This document shows, piece after piece, positions 39,741 through 52,913 of a stretch of DNA of 64,000 nucleotides. Position numbers and translations under genes: made by a program. This DNA comes from Camelus dromedarius (lineage: Eukaryota). How positions within the stretch are numbered: position 1 is the first letter of the stretch; every line of letters begins with the position of its first letter. The stretch spans positions 77,502,001 through 77,566,000 of the forward strand of contig NC_087436.1 of assembly GCF_036321535.1 (NCBI RefSeq), given 5' to 3'. Below the pieces are notes generated by a model, which saw only the letters and a list, made by a program, of their open reading frames with translations, was not told the DNA's origin and ran no database searches.

Positions 39741-40222
39741 TAGTTTTCTTACTGCCTGGGAAACATATTATTGAAAAATAGATCCTTAAAGAAATGAATT
39801 AATTTGTTTTGAATGAAAAGAAGTGACTTAACCTGCCTTTCCTTCCAGTAAATAGCCTCTTAATACCCTGAATAGTCAATACCCTGAAGGGTCTGTGCTA
39901 GAAGAAATAGCCTTAAATTGCATCAATTTTCTTCTTGACTTCCTGGGAATGTAATATTGGAATAGGCCCTGGGTCCTGGAGTGTCCAAACCAGGAAATCA
40001 TGCAAAATAGTCATAAATATGTATCTAAATGATTTGAGAATAACTCACAGTCTAATCTTTTCTGTAAGACTTTTAATCACACATGTGTTCTACATGGTTG
40101 TACAGACTGTAATTCTTCTGTCCATTTATCTTGAAACTGAACTGCCTCAAATATTTTTAAAATGTATTTGTCAATTCAATGCATTATACATATTAATTCC
40201 TAATGAATGGTTATTTTTATAG

Positions 40223-40352
40223 CTTTTACAACTGGGACAGTCATATTGCCGTTTGTAATTCAACTCCCAATTACCAAGTGATTGCTGATAATCCAGAAGG
40301 CTTACTTTTTAAATACAAAAAAGACAGAAAAATTCTCAACGTGGACCCTAAG
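40223..40352 (+). CDS. CFAP299: CFAP299 (C4orf22) penultimate coding exon, 130 bp
   Basis: Acceptor ...ttatttttatAG at 40221-40222 and donor AAG|GTAAGT at 40353. Reads (S)[43 protein letters not shown], which I recognise as the C-terminal part of CFAP299. It ends in phase 0, compatible with the next exon. Confidence 0.96.
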
Positions 40353-41309
40353 GTAAGTCTGCTTTTATGCTTTTGTATCTCTTCAAATTTTATTGTATCT
40401 CTACACTTACTCAAAAACTATTAGATACTTGACTCTTAAGTTTTTAAATTTAGAAATGAAAAGCTATGTTGAAACTTAGAGCATGTACTGTCCTTAAAGA
40501 AGAAACTTCAAAACTTAGTAAATTATTAGAAATCAGTGAGGAAGAATTTAGGGGGAGTTTAAATGGAACTTACAAGTGGGCACACTTCTCCATGCTTAGC
40601 AGCAGAATTAGCCCTCAGGGAGCCAGTGGGTAGAGCATCTGTTTGCTCTGATCCTGGGGATGTCCAGTCACTTTTTGCTCTGAATGGAGACATGAGTCAT
40701 TTAGGGAAAGGAGACTCTCATCTCACATATGTACTCAGAATTCTAATATCCCTTTTTGTATGTGCGTAACACTGAAAACAGCATGGTCCTAAGTGCATTT
40801 CTGAGCATTAACTTAGAAAATATATTTTATTTAAATATTTTTAAAACATGTCCCATGATATTTTGATTTTGTTCAAGGAGAAATATTTACATTTTACATA
40901 TTTTCAAGGACTATATTTATATCATGACTTTTAATCATATCTGGGGGCAAAGGTTAAAACTTAAAAGTCATATATGCTTGGGTTGCTTAGTTTGTTTTTT
41001 TTTTTAACTTTTGAAAACTATGTATTACTCATGTGATGGTATCTGTGTAAAATCCAAAGTCAAGAAAAATATTTTTTCATAGTGAAAGGATAGAAACTGC
41101 GTGATATGCCTGGGATAGGGGCAAGGATGGACCAAAGGAAAAGGGGAGTTGGTTCTAAAAACTTTTGAAAAAGCTTTTCAAAACAAAAAATTCAAAATCC
41201 AAAATAAAACATATTTTGTTTCATATCCACTAAATACAAGTTCCTTGCTCATAGAATGTACTCAGTACTATGTGCTCAAAGAATGAATAAATGAAATTCT
41301 ATAGCAAGA

Positions 41310-41768
41310 AAGAGATTATTGTCTGCAATCAGATACAGCTCCAAACCCCAGAAACCCCAAGACAGTGGCTGAAACCGAACAGAAACTTCTTTATCTCCCA
41401 TTTGTGAAAATAGATAGTGGCTGTCCAAAGTTGGAGTGGCAGCTTCCCAGTCATCTGGGCCAAGGTGGTCCTTATCCTCTTAGGCCAATATAGATCTCCA
41501 GCCAAAGCAACTGCATTTCAAACAGAATGTATGGAGGGAGCTGAGTGGGTGCAAATAACATGACCCTATTGCCTTGTAAGGAAGTTTCCTCAAAGCTACC
41601 ACACTTATAGTCACTTATGTTCCACGGCAAGAGCTTAGTCACCTGGCCGTATCTGGCTACATGGAAGGCTGGGAAATGCAATCTTTTACTTAGTTAGCCA
41701 TGTGCTCAGCTAGGAACAGGAGTTCTGCAAAAGGGAGAAGGAAGTTTTAGGTAGACAACTAGCAGTTT
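41310..41768 (-). mobile_element. MLT1J/K-like MaLR LTR, with its last bases (ctttctgacaca, 42300-42311) displaced by an ERV1 LTR
   Basis: cttagtcacctggcc...ggaaggctgggaaatgcaatctt...agccatgtgctcagcta...caactagcagt. Confidence 0.7.
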
Positions 41769-42299
41769 TGTCACCAGATTGGCCTAATGGACAGGTACTT
41801 GGGCCCTAGCCAGGAGGTTCTTTTCCCATTCGGATTTGCACAGTCCATAACAAAGCTGATGCTGAGACTGAAACAGCATAAGGTTTATTCAAGGGCCAGA
41901 GGATGCAGAAGCGGGAACTTACTTCACAAGTCAGCTTCTCATCAAGGGGTGATCAATGCGAGGGGGAGGAATAGGTGTTGGTTTTCTGGGAATAGACAAG
42001 GTTCTTCCTGGAACTGGGATGCCACCTCCTTTTCTTTCTTCTGTAGTCCGGTACTTCCTGTCATGGCCACCGGTAGAGTGGCACTCACCATGCTAGTGCA
42101 TTACAGTGAGCAAATAATGAGGCTCAAGGTCTACGGGAAGTCAGGTCTTCTGCCATTTTAGATTCGGTCGTTCTAATCAGTTCTGGTAGCCTCTTGTTTT
42201 TCTCTCCTGGTGATGTCTTTTAAAACAAAGATAACACTTCCCCACAGCTTATGTTCCCTCAAGGGAGGGGTAGTGTTAGGGTTAACGGCTGTGGTAACA
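41769..42299 (-). mobile_element. Solo ERV1 LTR (MER4 group, LTR8/LTR26-like), 531 bp
   Basis: TGTCACCA...TGGTAACA inverted termini; near-TSD gttt/cttt; minus-strand AATAAA near 41885-41890; internal ctgtcatggc...catgctagtgcatta...ataatgag...gccatttt block. Confidence 0.85.
41984..42013. promoter_or_regulatory. Tandem GAS (STAT) motifs
   Basis: TTCTGGGAA at 41984-41992 and TTCCTGGAA at 42005-42013; both fit TTCNNNGAA. Confidence 0.5.
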
Positions 42300-43113
42300 C
42301 TTTCTGACACAATGTTGTCTCCTTCAAAAGAACGCTACTCTTTTTATTCTCAGGTTTCTCATTAGTGAGATGAGCAACTGGACCTGAACATCATTAAGGC
42401 CATGTTTATTATGAATCTATGAATTCATCTTCAGTTTATGAGCACATCTTCTCTCTAATGGTGCCTCTTTACTTCTCATAAGTGGATGTTAAATATTATC
42501 ATTTGAGGCAAATTACAGAAAACTTAATAAATAGCATTCACAGTCTTCCATTTCCAAGGCTAAACTACATACATAAGAAAAGATGTAAATGATTCATAGC
42601 ATCATTAACATGTGTGAAATAATTTTTTAAATCAGTTTTCAATGGCATCACACAGACCATTTTAGGGCTTTATTTTAACTAGTGGCATATACGTATATCA
42701 AGAGTGTATGTCATAAGTTATAGTTTTTGTGTATGTCTTTGAAGAATCATTACTGAATTCAAACTGCTACTTGAACATGGTTCAAATAATTTTAATTAAG
42801 ACACTCATTTCCAAAATAAACAATCATGAGATTTCAAAGACTTAGTTAACAATCCATGAAATACAACATTTTTCTCTTTTTTTCTGGAAGATTTTAATTA
42901 TAACCCAAAAGATCATGATGAGTCTGAAGGAAAGTTACTTCTAAAATCTTAAGAGAGTGAACATTGATTTAGTTAATTAGTGATAAAAGTAAAGAATTAT
43001 TAGGTGAGACGGCCAATGATATTTGTATACTTGTATTCCTTTAAATTTTATTTTGTTTATCTTTTTGAAGATAAAAACTTACTAGAGAAGAACGTTGGTC
43101 TCAGCATCAATAA

Positions 43114-43602
43114 TGTCAACTGAAATAAATGCGCAACCTAGAAGTTGAGAGTTACGTTTTAATTGGGGGGAGGACTCGAGCTGGGAGGACAGCCTCTCAG
43201 ATCTCTCTGAGGGACTGCTCTGAAGAGGCAGGGAAGGAGCTAGGATATATAGGAGCTTTACAACAAAGACCAAGTAGTTGGAACAATAAAAGATTACTTG
43301 TTATCTAAAGAAAGCCAGGCATCTCAAGTTAAAGAATTTAGTGCTTTTCTATGCATGGGAGGAAGCAAACATTTGGGCTCATTGAATTCATTCCTTTGAC
43401 AAGCATCTAGCTATCTAGGGCCAGTATCCTGTCCTTTCTTATTCTGAGTCCCCTCAGAGTGCACCATTGTGAGTGGCTGCAGAGGCTGGGCTGGGCTGTA
43501 GGCTTGTCTTCCCGGGGTGGGGGTTGGGGGGCAGCCGCTGACGACTTGATGGTTTCAGCATTCTTTGTTTACTGATATGGTTTCCAGTATTTTCCGTTCA
43601 CA
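43114..43602 (-). mobile_element. Solo ERV1 LTR, MER41-like artiodactyl type, 489 bp
   Basis: TG...CA termini; perfect 4-bp TSD ATAA at 43110-43113 and 43603-43606; tgtcaactga...gcaacctagaagttgag and gacagcctctcagat motifs. Confidence 0.88.
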
Positions 43603-45389
43603 ATAAGCAAAATTCTAAGCCTTACTTTACTATTAACTGGTTCTATGGCCTTGAGTAATTCACTTAACCTCCCTGGGTTTTAATGTGGAAGATGCGTGTT
43701 TATGGTTGTTGTTGTTTTTTGCTCTCCAGTGTCCCCACTAGAACCCCAGCCCCACTTCACAGAGATCCTGACTCAACAGGGCCCAGAAGTACATATTTTC
43801 CTAAGTGGCCAATGTGATTCTACTGCTGATTGTCCATGAACCACAATTCGAAAAAGACCACTTCTCAAAAAAAAGGGCAATAATCTCAAGAGATCTCATA
43901 CTCTGTTCCCAAACACAAGTATTCTCAAACGAAATATAACTATATTTTCGTTGTTTTGAACTAGATATAAAGTTAGCATGTACATTTCCTACATGATTTC
44001 TTAACTTACTCATCCTCTTCAAAGAGCCTTGATCCTTTTGCATTTCATGCATTCACAAAGCATATCTTATGGATCAACAGGAGGATCAAGAAATAAGCGA
44101 ATATGCCAAGTTTTTTGAACTACAAACAAGTTATACTTTTATACTTAATATTTTTCTTAGTAATTTTGCTTGAAATTCTTCCTAAGATGAACACCTTCTT
44201 ATAACTCCATAGTTAAAGTGCTGGAAAATATTGTAAGAACAACACAACTCAACTCTCCTTTTCCGTTCCTTCAAGTACTCTCTTTGAAATATTTTATGCT
44301 TAAAATTAAAGGGGTCAAGATAAATGAAAGGTGGAAGCAGTGGTAAACAGGATGTGTTTCCTTTGTGCAACACAGATGTAGACTCATTAATTCTGAAGCA
44401 TGGTTCCCATGAAACAGTTGTTTGTGAATGGTAACAGTGGAAAAAAGAAAATTATGTAGGTCTTAGAACAAGTAATATGAGTTCATTGGTTAAGAAATTC
44501 CAAATGCAATAAGAGTTTGGTTGCATTGAAAACAGGACCACTGGCTTTAACTTCCCTGCAGCTGTATAACATCTGGAACAAATAAGGCCAGTTTCTATTT
44601 TTGAGTGAAGAATGCGTGTGTGTGATTCACACCCACCAAAATGTTTCCAATGTATTATCTTTAGAAGGATTGAGTGGACGCACTTTGCACTCACTCCCCT
44701 ACATTATCTGGACAAATGAAAAAAAAAAAAAAATAGGCATTTTTCTTTTGCTTTTAGGAAACATTAACCATGAAATAGTTGAGTCTCAGCCTAACATAGG
44801 TGGTCTAAAACCTTCATGATCTCCTAATAAGATAAGAGATTGTATAAAATAGTTACAATAGGAAAAATCTTCCATAGTTACACCAGCTTTTTTTCCCTCC
44901 CCTCCCCTCTTCTGTTTACTAATGTGAGAACCCATCACCTGGAAAAATGTCTGGTTAATAGATACTCAATAAATATTTGTAGAATAAATGATTGAATAAG
45001 TGGTTCCCTCCAAACACACAAACATGATGCTACACCAATTAAAAGTTGAGGCATAGATTATGTCACTGATGCTTGAGGGAGAAGTGATAGCCAGAAAGGG
45101 TACAGTCACCCCCAATCTATATTGATACAAGTAAGTCAGAAAACAAATTACAGGAAATTATCTGTGGAAACTGTCAATGTGACCATAAACTTAGGTTTTG
45201 TTAAGATTATGTAGAAATCTTTTTGGTATGTGCTTTCAGGTGTCCTTGTGCGATCCCAGGAGTATGTAATTTAAGCCATCTCAAATTAAGGCTGTTAAGT
45301 TAGAATGTGTTTTTGATTTATGAACAAATTGACACACACAGGTTAAATGACAAGCTCAAGGTCACAGAGTTCATTATTAGTAGAGTCTA

Positions 45390-46960
45390 GCAATGGAGCT
45401 TAATCTTTCATATGAGATCCCATAGGGAATGTAAAGACGAGCGAGAGTTCACCCCTTGCCCTTTCAGTGCTTGTAAGGTTTTTAAGGAAACAGGCTTGTA
45501 AACAACTGCAACATAAGGAAGAAAGTGATATGCTGCAAAAAAGAGAAATGTTTTGGGAATTCAGGGAAAGAAGAGATGTCTTTTAATCTGGGGCAGGACC
45601 AAGTGAAGAGGGGATGGTGAGGGCAGCAGCACTGGGGGTTGTTAGGAGATAATGGAGGAGGTAATCTTTGAACTAGACTTGAAGAATGATTAGGTATTGA
45701 ACTCATAGAGATGGAGAAGAAGATAATACCAGGAGTGAAGCCTATTAACAAAGATAAGGTTGATGGGTGTAAAGGAAAGGAAAGGAAAACCTAAATAGTT
45801 CAACTGGCCTGAAGTATTGGTTTGGAGGAGTGGAATGGGAGTCATGGAAAACCTTGAATGCAGGAATAATGAGGGTCTTGGACTAGATTTGATATGGGGA
45901 AATGGGGAAATATGCCAAGGCTCTTGTGCAGGGAAATAACAGAAGGAAAGCTATGTTTTAAGGAGATTAGAGGGTGTAGATTGGACACACTAGGGAGAAA
46001 GTGTGGAGAAGATGAGAGCATAACAATAATCCTGGTGAAGATCAAAGAGGACTAGGACTAGGGGCCCTCCTGTGGTTAGGAAGTTTCTGAGTTGATGTTT
46101 TTTAATATTGCAACTACCTGATCATTCAGGGAAAGACAAAACTTAGAGAATGCATATCATGCAGAAAAAGTGGTTGAGAGATTCACTTTGCTCCAACACT
46201 TTGGGGAGAAAGAGAGTTAGTTCTAGTGCTGGATGAGTATAGAGAAGATGATGAGCTGGATGGATGTCAGTAGGTCTGTAGCCTCTTCATTCTTCCTCCA
46301 TCCTCCTCTTCCTCATCTGATGTGTAATGAGTACCTACTGGGCACTGGGAGCTATAAAAAGTGAATCAAAAAGGTGGGTTTCTTGCCCTAAAAACTCACA
46401 GCTTAATTGGTGGGGAAATAGACTATGCACATAAATGGCAAGCTAGAAAGTGACCTAGAGGACAGAAAATGCTCTATGTGTAAGCGCAATTGACTGTCCT
46501 TTATGATTGGATTACCACATTCTGTTGATTCTTATTTTGTAGTTAGCTGTGTTCATTTGATAACTATGTAAGTTTAAAAAGCTAAAGCTCTAATCTGTTC
46601 TTAGAAACAATGATCAGTAAACTAAAAAAAATATGCAGTGTACTGTATATATGTAGTTACATGCAATGTAATATGTATGTGCAGTTGAACTGGAATAATT
46701 CTACCGAATAAAACAGAAAAAGGAAAAAAAAAGAATTCAGAGGAAGCAGAATTCACTTGGACCTTAGGCATTCAAAAACAAATTAACAGAAGAGATAGCA
46801 TCTGAGCCGGATCTTGAAGGGTGGGTATGGTGAAAATAGGAGGACCGGAGCAGGGAGGGTATTCTGGTAGGAAGGAGCATCACACACAAAGGTCTGGAAG
46901 CACAGAGCATGGGACTGCATGGAAAGGAAGAGGAATTCGTTCTGGCTAAAGAGTGATTCT
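45390..46960 (-). mobile_element. L2 fragments
   Basis: tgagtacctactgggcactggg, gatagcatctgagccggatcttgaagg and similar antisense L2 motifs. Confidence 0.5.
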
Positions 46961-47127
46961 CAGCATGAGCCAGACAGCAGAATCACCCAGAAACTATTAG
47001 AATATAAGATGCCTGGCCTCATCCACAAAGATACTGATTTAATTGACATGGGTGGAAGGCCTGGGCATCCATTCTTTTTTAAAAAGCTCCCTGGGTGATT
47101 CTTAAGTGCAAGCAGGGTTGAGATCAA
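46955..47127. mobile_element. MER5-type hAT MITE
   Basis: cagaatcacccaga...gatgcctggcc...tgatttaattg...aaaaagctccctgggtgattct...agggttgaga. Confidence 0.75.
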
Positions 47128-47918
47128 GGTGCAGAAAGGAAAGTGATAGCAGAGAAGTTGTGAGAGAGAATTGAATTCCAAGTATGGAAGCCAAATCTAA
47201 TGAGTCTTTGCCATTCTACACAGTTCAGTGAAAATCTATACCATTTGTGTTATGTCTAAGTACAAAAATGAATAAGCCATTTTGAAAGGAGATTATTTTT
47301 CTGTTGGCTAAACATTGGTGTGCAAAAGAAAATCAATTATATTAAAACTATGAAATTCAGTAGAACAGAAGCTCCTTTCTGTTACTTTGGTGTCTAATGG
47401 AGTGCACTTTGAATATAGTTGTTTGAGAAATAACAAAACAAGCAAAAAAACAAACAAAAAAAAGTTCAGAGATCTGAGAGATGCTGGATCATCCTGAGTG
47501 TCATGAACTTGGAAGGCATGTGCAATGCAGATGATGCACTGACGTAACAGGATGCATTTCTTTTCTTTTTACATACAATACTCCTCACTGTACAAACAGA
47601 AGCTCCCCAATCCAGTCTCCTCTGTCTGAAAATCACAATTGTTCAAACATAAAAATGCGCTACTTTGAAATGCAAACTGTTTTTACATGAGCTCTCGTCA
47701 GCGGCTAGTCTACCCTGTTTTGATTAGTAGCGATGTTTGTCAATTCTATGAAGCATTTCCCCTTCCTCTAGCCAATCAGGAGAACCCTAGGCTCCACCCC
47801 TAGGGGTTCAAACTGCATCATTCGTCTGTGGCAAGGTCCAGGAATCTGTATTTTTAAATGTCTCTTTGGATAAGCTTAAAGATTAGCTGGATTTGATACA
47901 CACTGCTTTACATAGTGA

Positions 47919-48135
47919 TTTTTTTAATTGAAGTATAGTCAGTTACAATGTGTCAATTTCCAGTGTACAGCATAATGTTTCAGTCATACAAATACATATA
48001 TATTCCTTTTCATATTATTTTTCATTATAGGTTGCTACAAGATATTGATTTTAGTTCCCTGTGCATATACAGAGGAAATTTTTTTATCTATTTTATATAT
48101 AGTAGTTAATATTTGCAGATCTTGAACTCCCAATT
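47919..48135 (-). mobile_element. Very short L1 3' terminal fragment
   Basis: ttttttaattgaagtatagtcagttacaatg...gaactcccaatt; homologous to 23092-23304. Confidence 0.88.
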
Positions 48136-51100
48136 ATGAGCTGTTTTTTCACCTTACCATATGTTCCTAAAGTAATCGAAGTTCATTCCTCTAAAACAAG
48201 TTTTAAGCCAACAATCTTAATTTTAAGGAGTCTAAATTGCAGATTCCTGAGACTGCATAGGCTAGAAGTACAGACCGTATACCAAGGACTTCTGGGTAAT
48301 GTCCACAGTACCAACGATCCCAATAGATGCTTCCGCTGATAAATCACTGCTATTTTTCCTTGGCTCATTGTAGAATGAAGGTGGCAGTACCCATTCTTGC
48401 TATCATGGCCTCGTTAAGAATCCTTTTCATGTAGGTTTGCCCAGATGCTCATATGAACCATATGTGACAAAGACTTGTAAAGTGTAAACTGAAACGTGGG
48501 GCAGAAACCCTTTCTGGTTGTTTTACCATTGTATTTCCAGTGCTAGCACACGGTAGGTGCTCAGTAAACCTCTGTGGAATGAATAAACTGCATATTAAAT
48601 ATTTGCTAAAGAAATGAATAGTAGGGCCAGAAATAATCCTGGAAACTTTTGAGGTTAACTTTAAAATGTTTTAAGATCTTAGATGCTAGAAACATATGTA
48701 GAGCTAATGCTATTTTTACCAGAGTAATTGACTCTGGTTCTTTTCTCTCCTTGGTAGGTGAATTAACCCTGGGGGGGGTTTTGCTGAAGTTTGAATTGCT
48801 GACTCTGGGTGTCCAGAGCAATCGTGATGTGTTAGGCTCATTGGTATTTTATTATTTTAAAAAATAAATACTTAGTCATTATTGTATATAATACAGATGC
48901 CAAAAAAAAGTGCCAAATTTTACTTTTTTTTTCATGAGCAAAAGAATATCTAGATGAACAATGTTTAAAATTAAAAGTAATTTCTCCCAGTGAAAACACA
49001 TACTTCTGTTTTGGGGGGTTTTTGCTTGTTTGCTGGCTTAATTTAGAGGACGATTCCAGCAGTACCTGCTTACAGCTCCCCTCTCCTCTGTTCTGTTCTT
49101 CCCAAGCAACCCCCACCCAAGCACTTGCTACTATTAGTAGGAAAGGTGTTAATTGTCTCCTGATGCTGCTCCCGGTTCACTGTGTTAGAATCAAATGGAG
49201 CCTGTCCCAGGCTAGAAATTGCACTTCTCAAAATGGAGGTCCATAAAATCCCTACATCTTTTCTGCAGATGGTTCAAATTTAATCTTGTGAAGCTCCACC
49301 CTCCCAGTGAAGGTCCTCAGTTTTACAATCTGTCTTTTTACAGAACCCAGGTATATTTCCCATTGGACATTTTTTAAAAAGAACCTATACTGAATAGAAG
49401 AGGTTTAAGAGAGACTATGATTTCTTCAAAGTCTCCAACAGTGTCCCCTCAGCTCCTCACAAACTTGAATTAACGGGGCAGGGGACACTTACTGAATCAC
49501 CAGCATCACTTTTTTGGCTCTGAATTTTCCTCAGAGGGCTCCTGTAAATGTTAATTTTTAACTGTGGCACAGTCACAGTTCTTAAGTAAAGCTGAGGTCT
49601 TGCCAACTTTCTGGTTTTGCTGCCCAAATTACTGAATGTTTGGTTGATTATAGCCCTAAAACACCCACAAACTAAGAAGCTTTTAAACATTTTCTCCCTT
49701 GGGCAATCACCTGGTCTACCTGAACCGAAGTTCTACCACATATAAATTAAGTATTTACTCAACTAACTACTGCTAAAATCAATGGCCTTGAGGAATACAT
49801 TAAATGTTATACAACAGAGCTTGACTTTTATGAATTTAAAGTCCTAAAACTTAAATGCTATGCCCTCTTCTTGACCTGGAAAACTGATTTTAATTTTATA
49901 CGCAGTATTATGGAACAACCCCTAGAGATAAGCACACCGTTGTTAACTGTCCAATAGCTGAACTCATATATGAGGTATAGCACAGAAAAGATAAGCAGGA
50001 GGAAAGAAAAAAATATGTATATATATAATTTAAAATTATTATACGTATAGCAATGCTTACTAATAAAAGTGAATGACAACTCTTCACCATCCAAGTTGAA
50101 TATCTGTGGTAGAAAGAAAAGTACGTATTTTAAATTGCTGTTTGAAGCTTCTCAGAAGGGCAGCCCAGTCACATTATGCCAAAAGTAAAATGGACCAATA
50201 CAGAAATGAGAATGGGGCAATCTGAGGAAGAGAGCTTTAGTTCCAGTTCACACTGTTCTTCACAAAATTTGTCACAAATCAGGACAAAGAGTATGGGAAA
50301 GAGTGGAAAGTGAGTTTCCTGGCTGAATGAAGGGATTAAATAAGAACAAAATGACTGTTTCCTTCATGATTTCAAAGACCTGATAACTAATGACAAAGAA
50401 GCAGGCACCAGAAGCACGTGAGTCAGACATGGAGTCATTGCAGGGGCAAGAGCACAGTTAAGGGATTATCTCTAATTCAAAGAGAGCATGACTACAGTTG
50501 AATAAGTGGTCAACTCCCATGACTCCTTCTTAACCATTCACCACCCCAGCAGATGCTTACGGGTTTCTGAGGCGTTGAAATCCCAAAGCAGATTGCGGGA
50601 TGTTGAAATATATCGGAACATGGAACACAGTAGTATCGACAGTGATCAAGTCCATTGGCAAGAGAGAAAAATCTCACGTTGACAGCTTTTAAATGCTTAT
50701 TGCTGGTTGGAATATCGTCAGCAGAAACATTGCTGGCCTCAGTGATAGATATGACCTCAAGAGTGAAAAGCACAATAAAACAAACAAACAAAAGGCAGCC
50801 CTAACTTGGTAACCCAGAAAACTACCTCACAAGCACATGAGACTGCTCCAGAGGATAGGTTCTTAACCTTTTGGGAAACACAACATATTTTAAAAATCTG
50901 ATAAGTCTCATGGTTTGCTCAGAAAAGAAAATGCACGCCTGGGGCCATACACAGAGTAATATAATAATATTTTAGGATATTCAGAAATCTGCCTTAGTCT
51001 CTTAATGAATTCCATCTGAGAACTGAAGACCTAAAGACTCTCCAAATTATCTGGGAACAGTTGAAAGGGGGCTAAAGGACAAGTAGGAAAGGGTGGAGAA

Positions 51101-51193
51101 TAGCCACCAGGGCTCAGGCAGGGAAGAACTCTTTAAGAGAGGCAACAGGTAAAATGAGTCGGAGTTAAATAGATCGTATCAGCTTTGGGTGAG

Positions 51194-51450
51194 TTTTTTG
51201 TTTTTGTTTTTGTTCTATTTTTCTATTTTTTATTTTTTTATTGAAGTATAGTCAATTTACAATGTTGTGTTAGTTTCTGATGTACAACATAGTGATTCAG
51301 TTCTACAAATATAAATTCCTTTTCATATTCTTTTTAATTATCGGCTATTACAAGGTATTGAATATAGTTCCCTGTGCTATACAGTAAGACCTTGTTTTTA
51401 AATCTATTTTACGTATAGGAGTTAGTATCTGCAAATCCTGAAATCCCAAT
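51194..51450 (-). mobile_element. Very short L1 3' terminal fragment inserted in a MIR
   Basis: Degenerate poly-T then ttattgaagtatagtcaatttacaatg...aaatcccaat. MIR-like sequence resumes at tgggcaattatttaacc...ttttctcatct. Confidence 0.88.
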
Positions 51451-51619
51451 GGGCAATTATTTAACCCCTTTGGAGCTCTTCTCTACCTCTATTTTCTCAT
51501 CTATTAAATCTGTAAAAACAACCATTTTACACAAGGTTATTGTGATGATAAGTAAGACAGTGTGTTTAATGTGCCACTGAATAGGTGCTCAGTGAATAAA
51601 CATTGCTTCTTGGTGGTGT

Positions 51620-52740
51620 ATCAACTTAGAAACAATGAAAGTTCTAAAAGAATATCACTTTTCACTACAGTAGTTAAAAACTGGAAATTACATATCCGTG
51701 ACAGGGCAATGACTAAATAAACTGTGATACCTCAACACAGTGAAATAGTATGCAGCAGTTCTGAAAAGCAGTTAACGCTGTAGTTGCTGAGGTTGATGGG
51801 CTAGTATGAATAGATGTTCAAGACACACTATTAAGTGCAAATAGCAAGCTGTGAAACAATGTAAATACTATTCTATCCTATAAAGCGATCATAATTCATG
51901 TAAGAATTTCCCACTGATGGACATTTAGGTTGGTTTCTGTTTTTCCCCTCATGTTTAAATAACAACTTTCTATAACAAGTTTTTGATTTTTTTCCTTAAG
52001 ATGGATTCCTGAAAAGGAAATTGCTTAGTCAAAAAATAGATACGTTGGAAAGTTTTAGAGAGATATTGTCAAATCAGTTTGCAGTTAGAAATTATAAATG
52101 TTTCATTATACCTGAACTGCTTATGACTACCCATTCACTATGCTCTATTTATTTTGCATATTTTTAAAATTTTAATTTTGTAATTCAAATTTATTGGAGT
52201 CATTTTGATTTTTATTTTTGATTATCATTAAGGATGAACATTTCCTTCACATGCATGTTTTTGTATTTCTTCTTCAGGAATTGTTACTGCTCTCTACACA
52301 CATTTCTATACAGTTTTAGTAGGGCTTTTTTCCCCATTAAATTGTAAGTATTCTATATATAAAAAAGTAGAAAACCTTTGGCTCTCATTTTCAGTGACAT
52401 GTGACGATTTAGATACCTATCTTTTAACATTTAGAATTTTTTAACATGCAAGTTTTAAATTTTTATATAGTCCTAACTATTGATTTCCTTTTCTGATTTC
52501 TTCCATTGTTTCTGTGTTTTAAAAGATTCCCATACTAAGAATGGACAAATATTTGCCAATATTTTCTTTTGGGTTGGTTTATGGTTTCCTTTATACATTT
52601 AACTCTATATTGTATTAGATTTTATAGAGTAAGGTTAGAGTCTTTTTACTTTGTTCCATCAGTTATTTTTCAGTAGTTTATAATCAATGATCTTATCTCA
52701 TTGTCTTGCTTTACTCATATTTTATATTTGGCTTAGAGTC
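51620..52740. mobile_element. Old L1ME-like fragments
   Basis: aaataaactgtgatacctc...gaaatagtatgcagcagtt (sense), then cccactgatggacatttaggttggtttc (antisense). Confidence 0.5.
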
Positions 52741-52913
52741 CCATCTCTCCTGGTACATAGTAGTGACTTCAGGTGGAAGTCTTTTAACAACTCTTTACAG
52801 TGCTGTGAATTTGAAGTCAGTTTCCTGAGTGCTGAATTTTCTCAACTAACTGCATTGTTTGTTGTTCTTATTGTTGTGTACGTGAGATTGTTTTTAGCAC
52901 CCTTGTTATCTAT

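Noticed and set aside
1..40222. Additional upstream CFAP299 exons
   Set aside because: I found no sequence encoding the expected preceding peptide (…GYIDYAHRL…LLPRPTDL). It probably lies upstream of the window, though a manual scan could miss it.
40203..40424. 73-aa ORF as a stand-alone gene
   Set aside because: It is the CFAP299 exon plus intron read-through on both sides of canonical splice sites.
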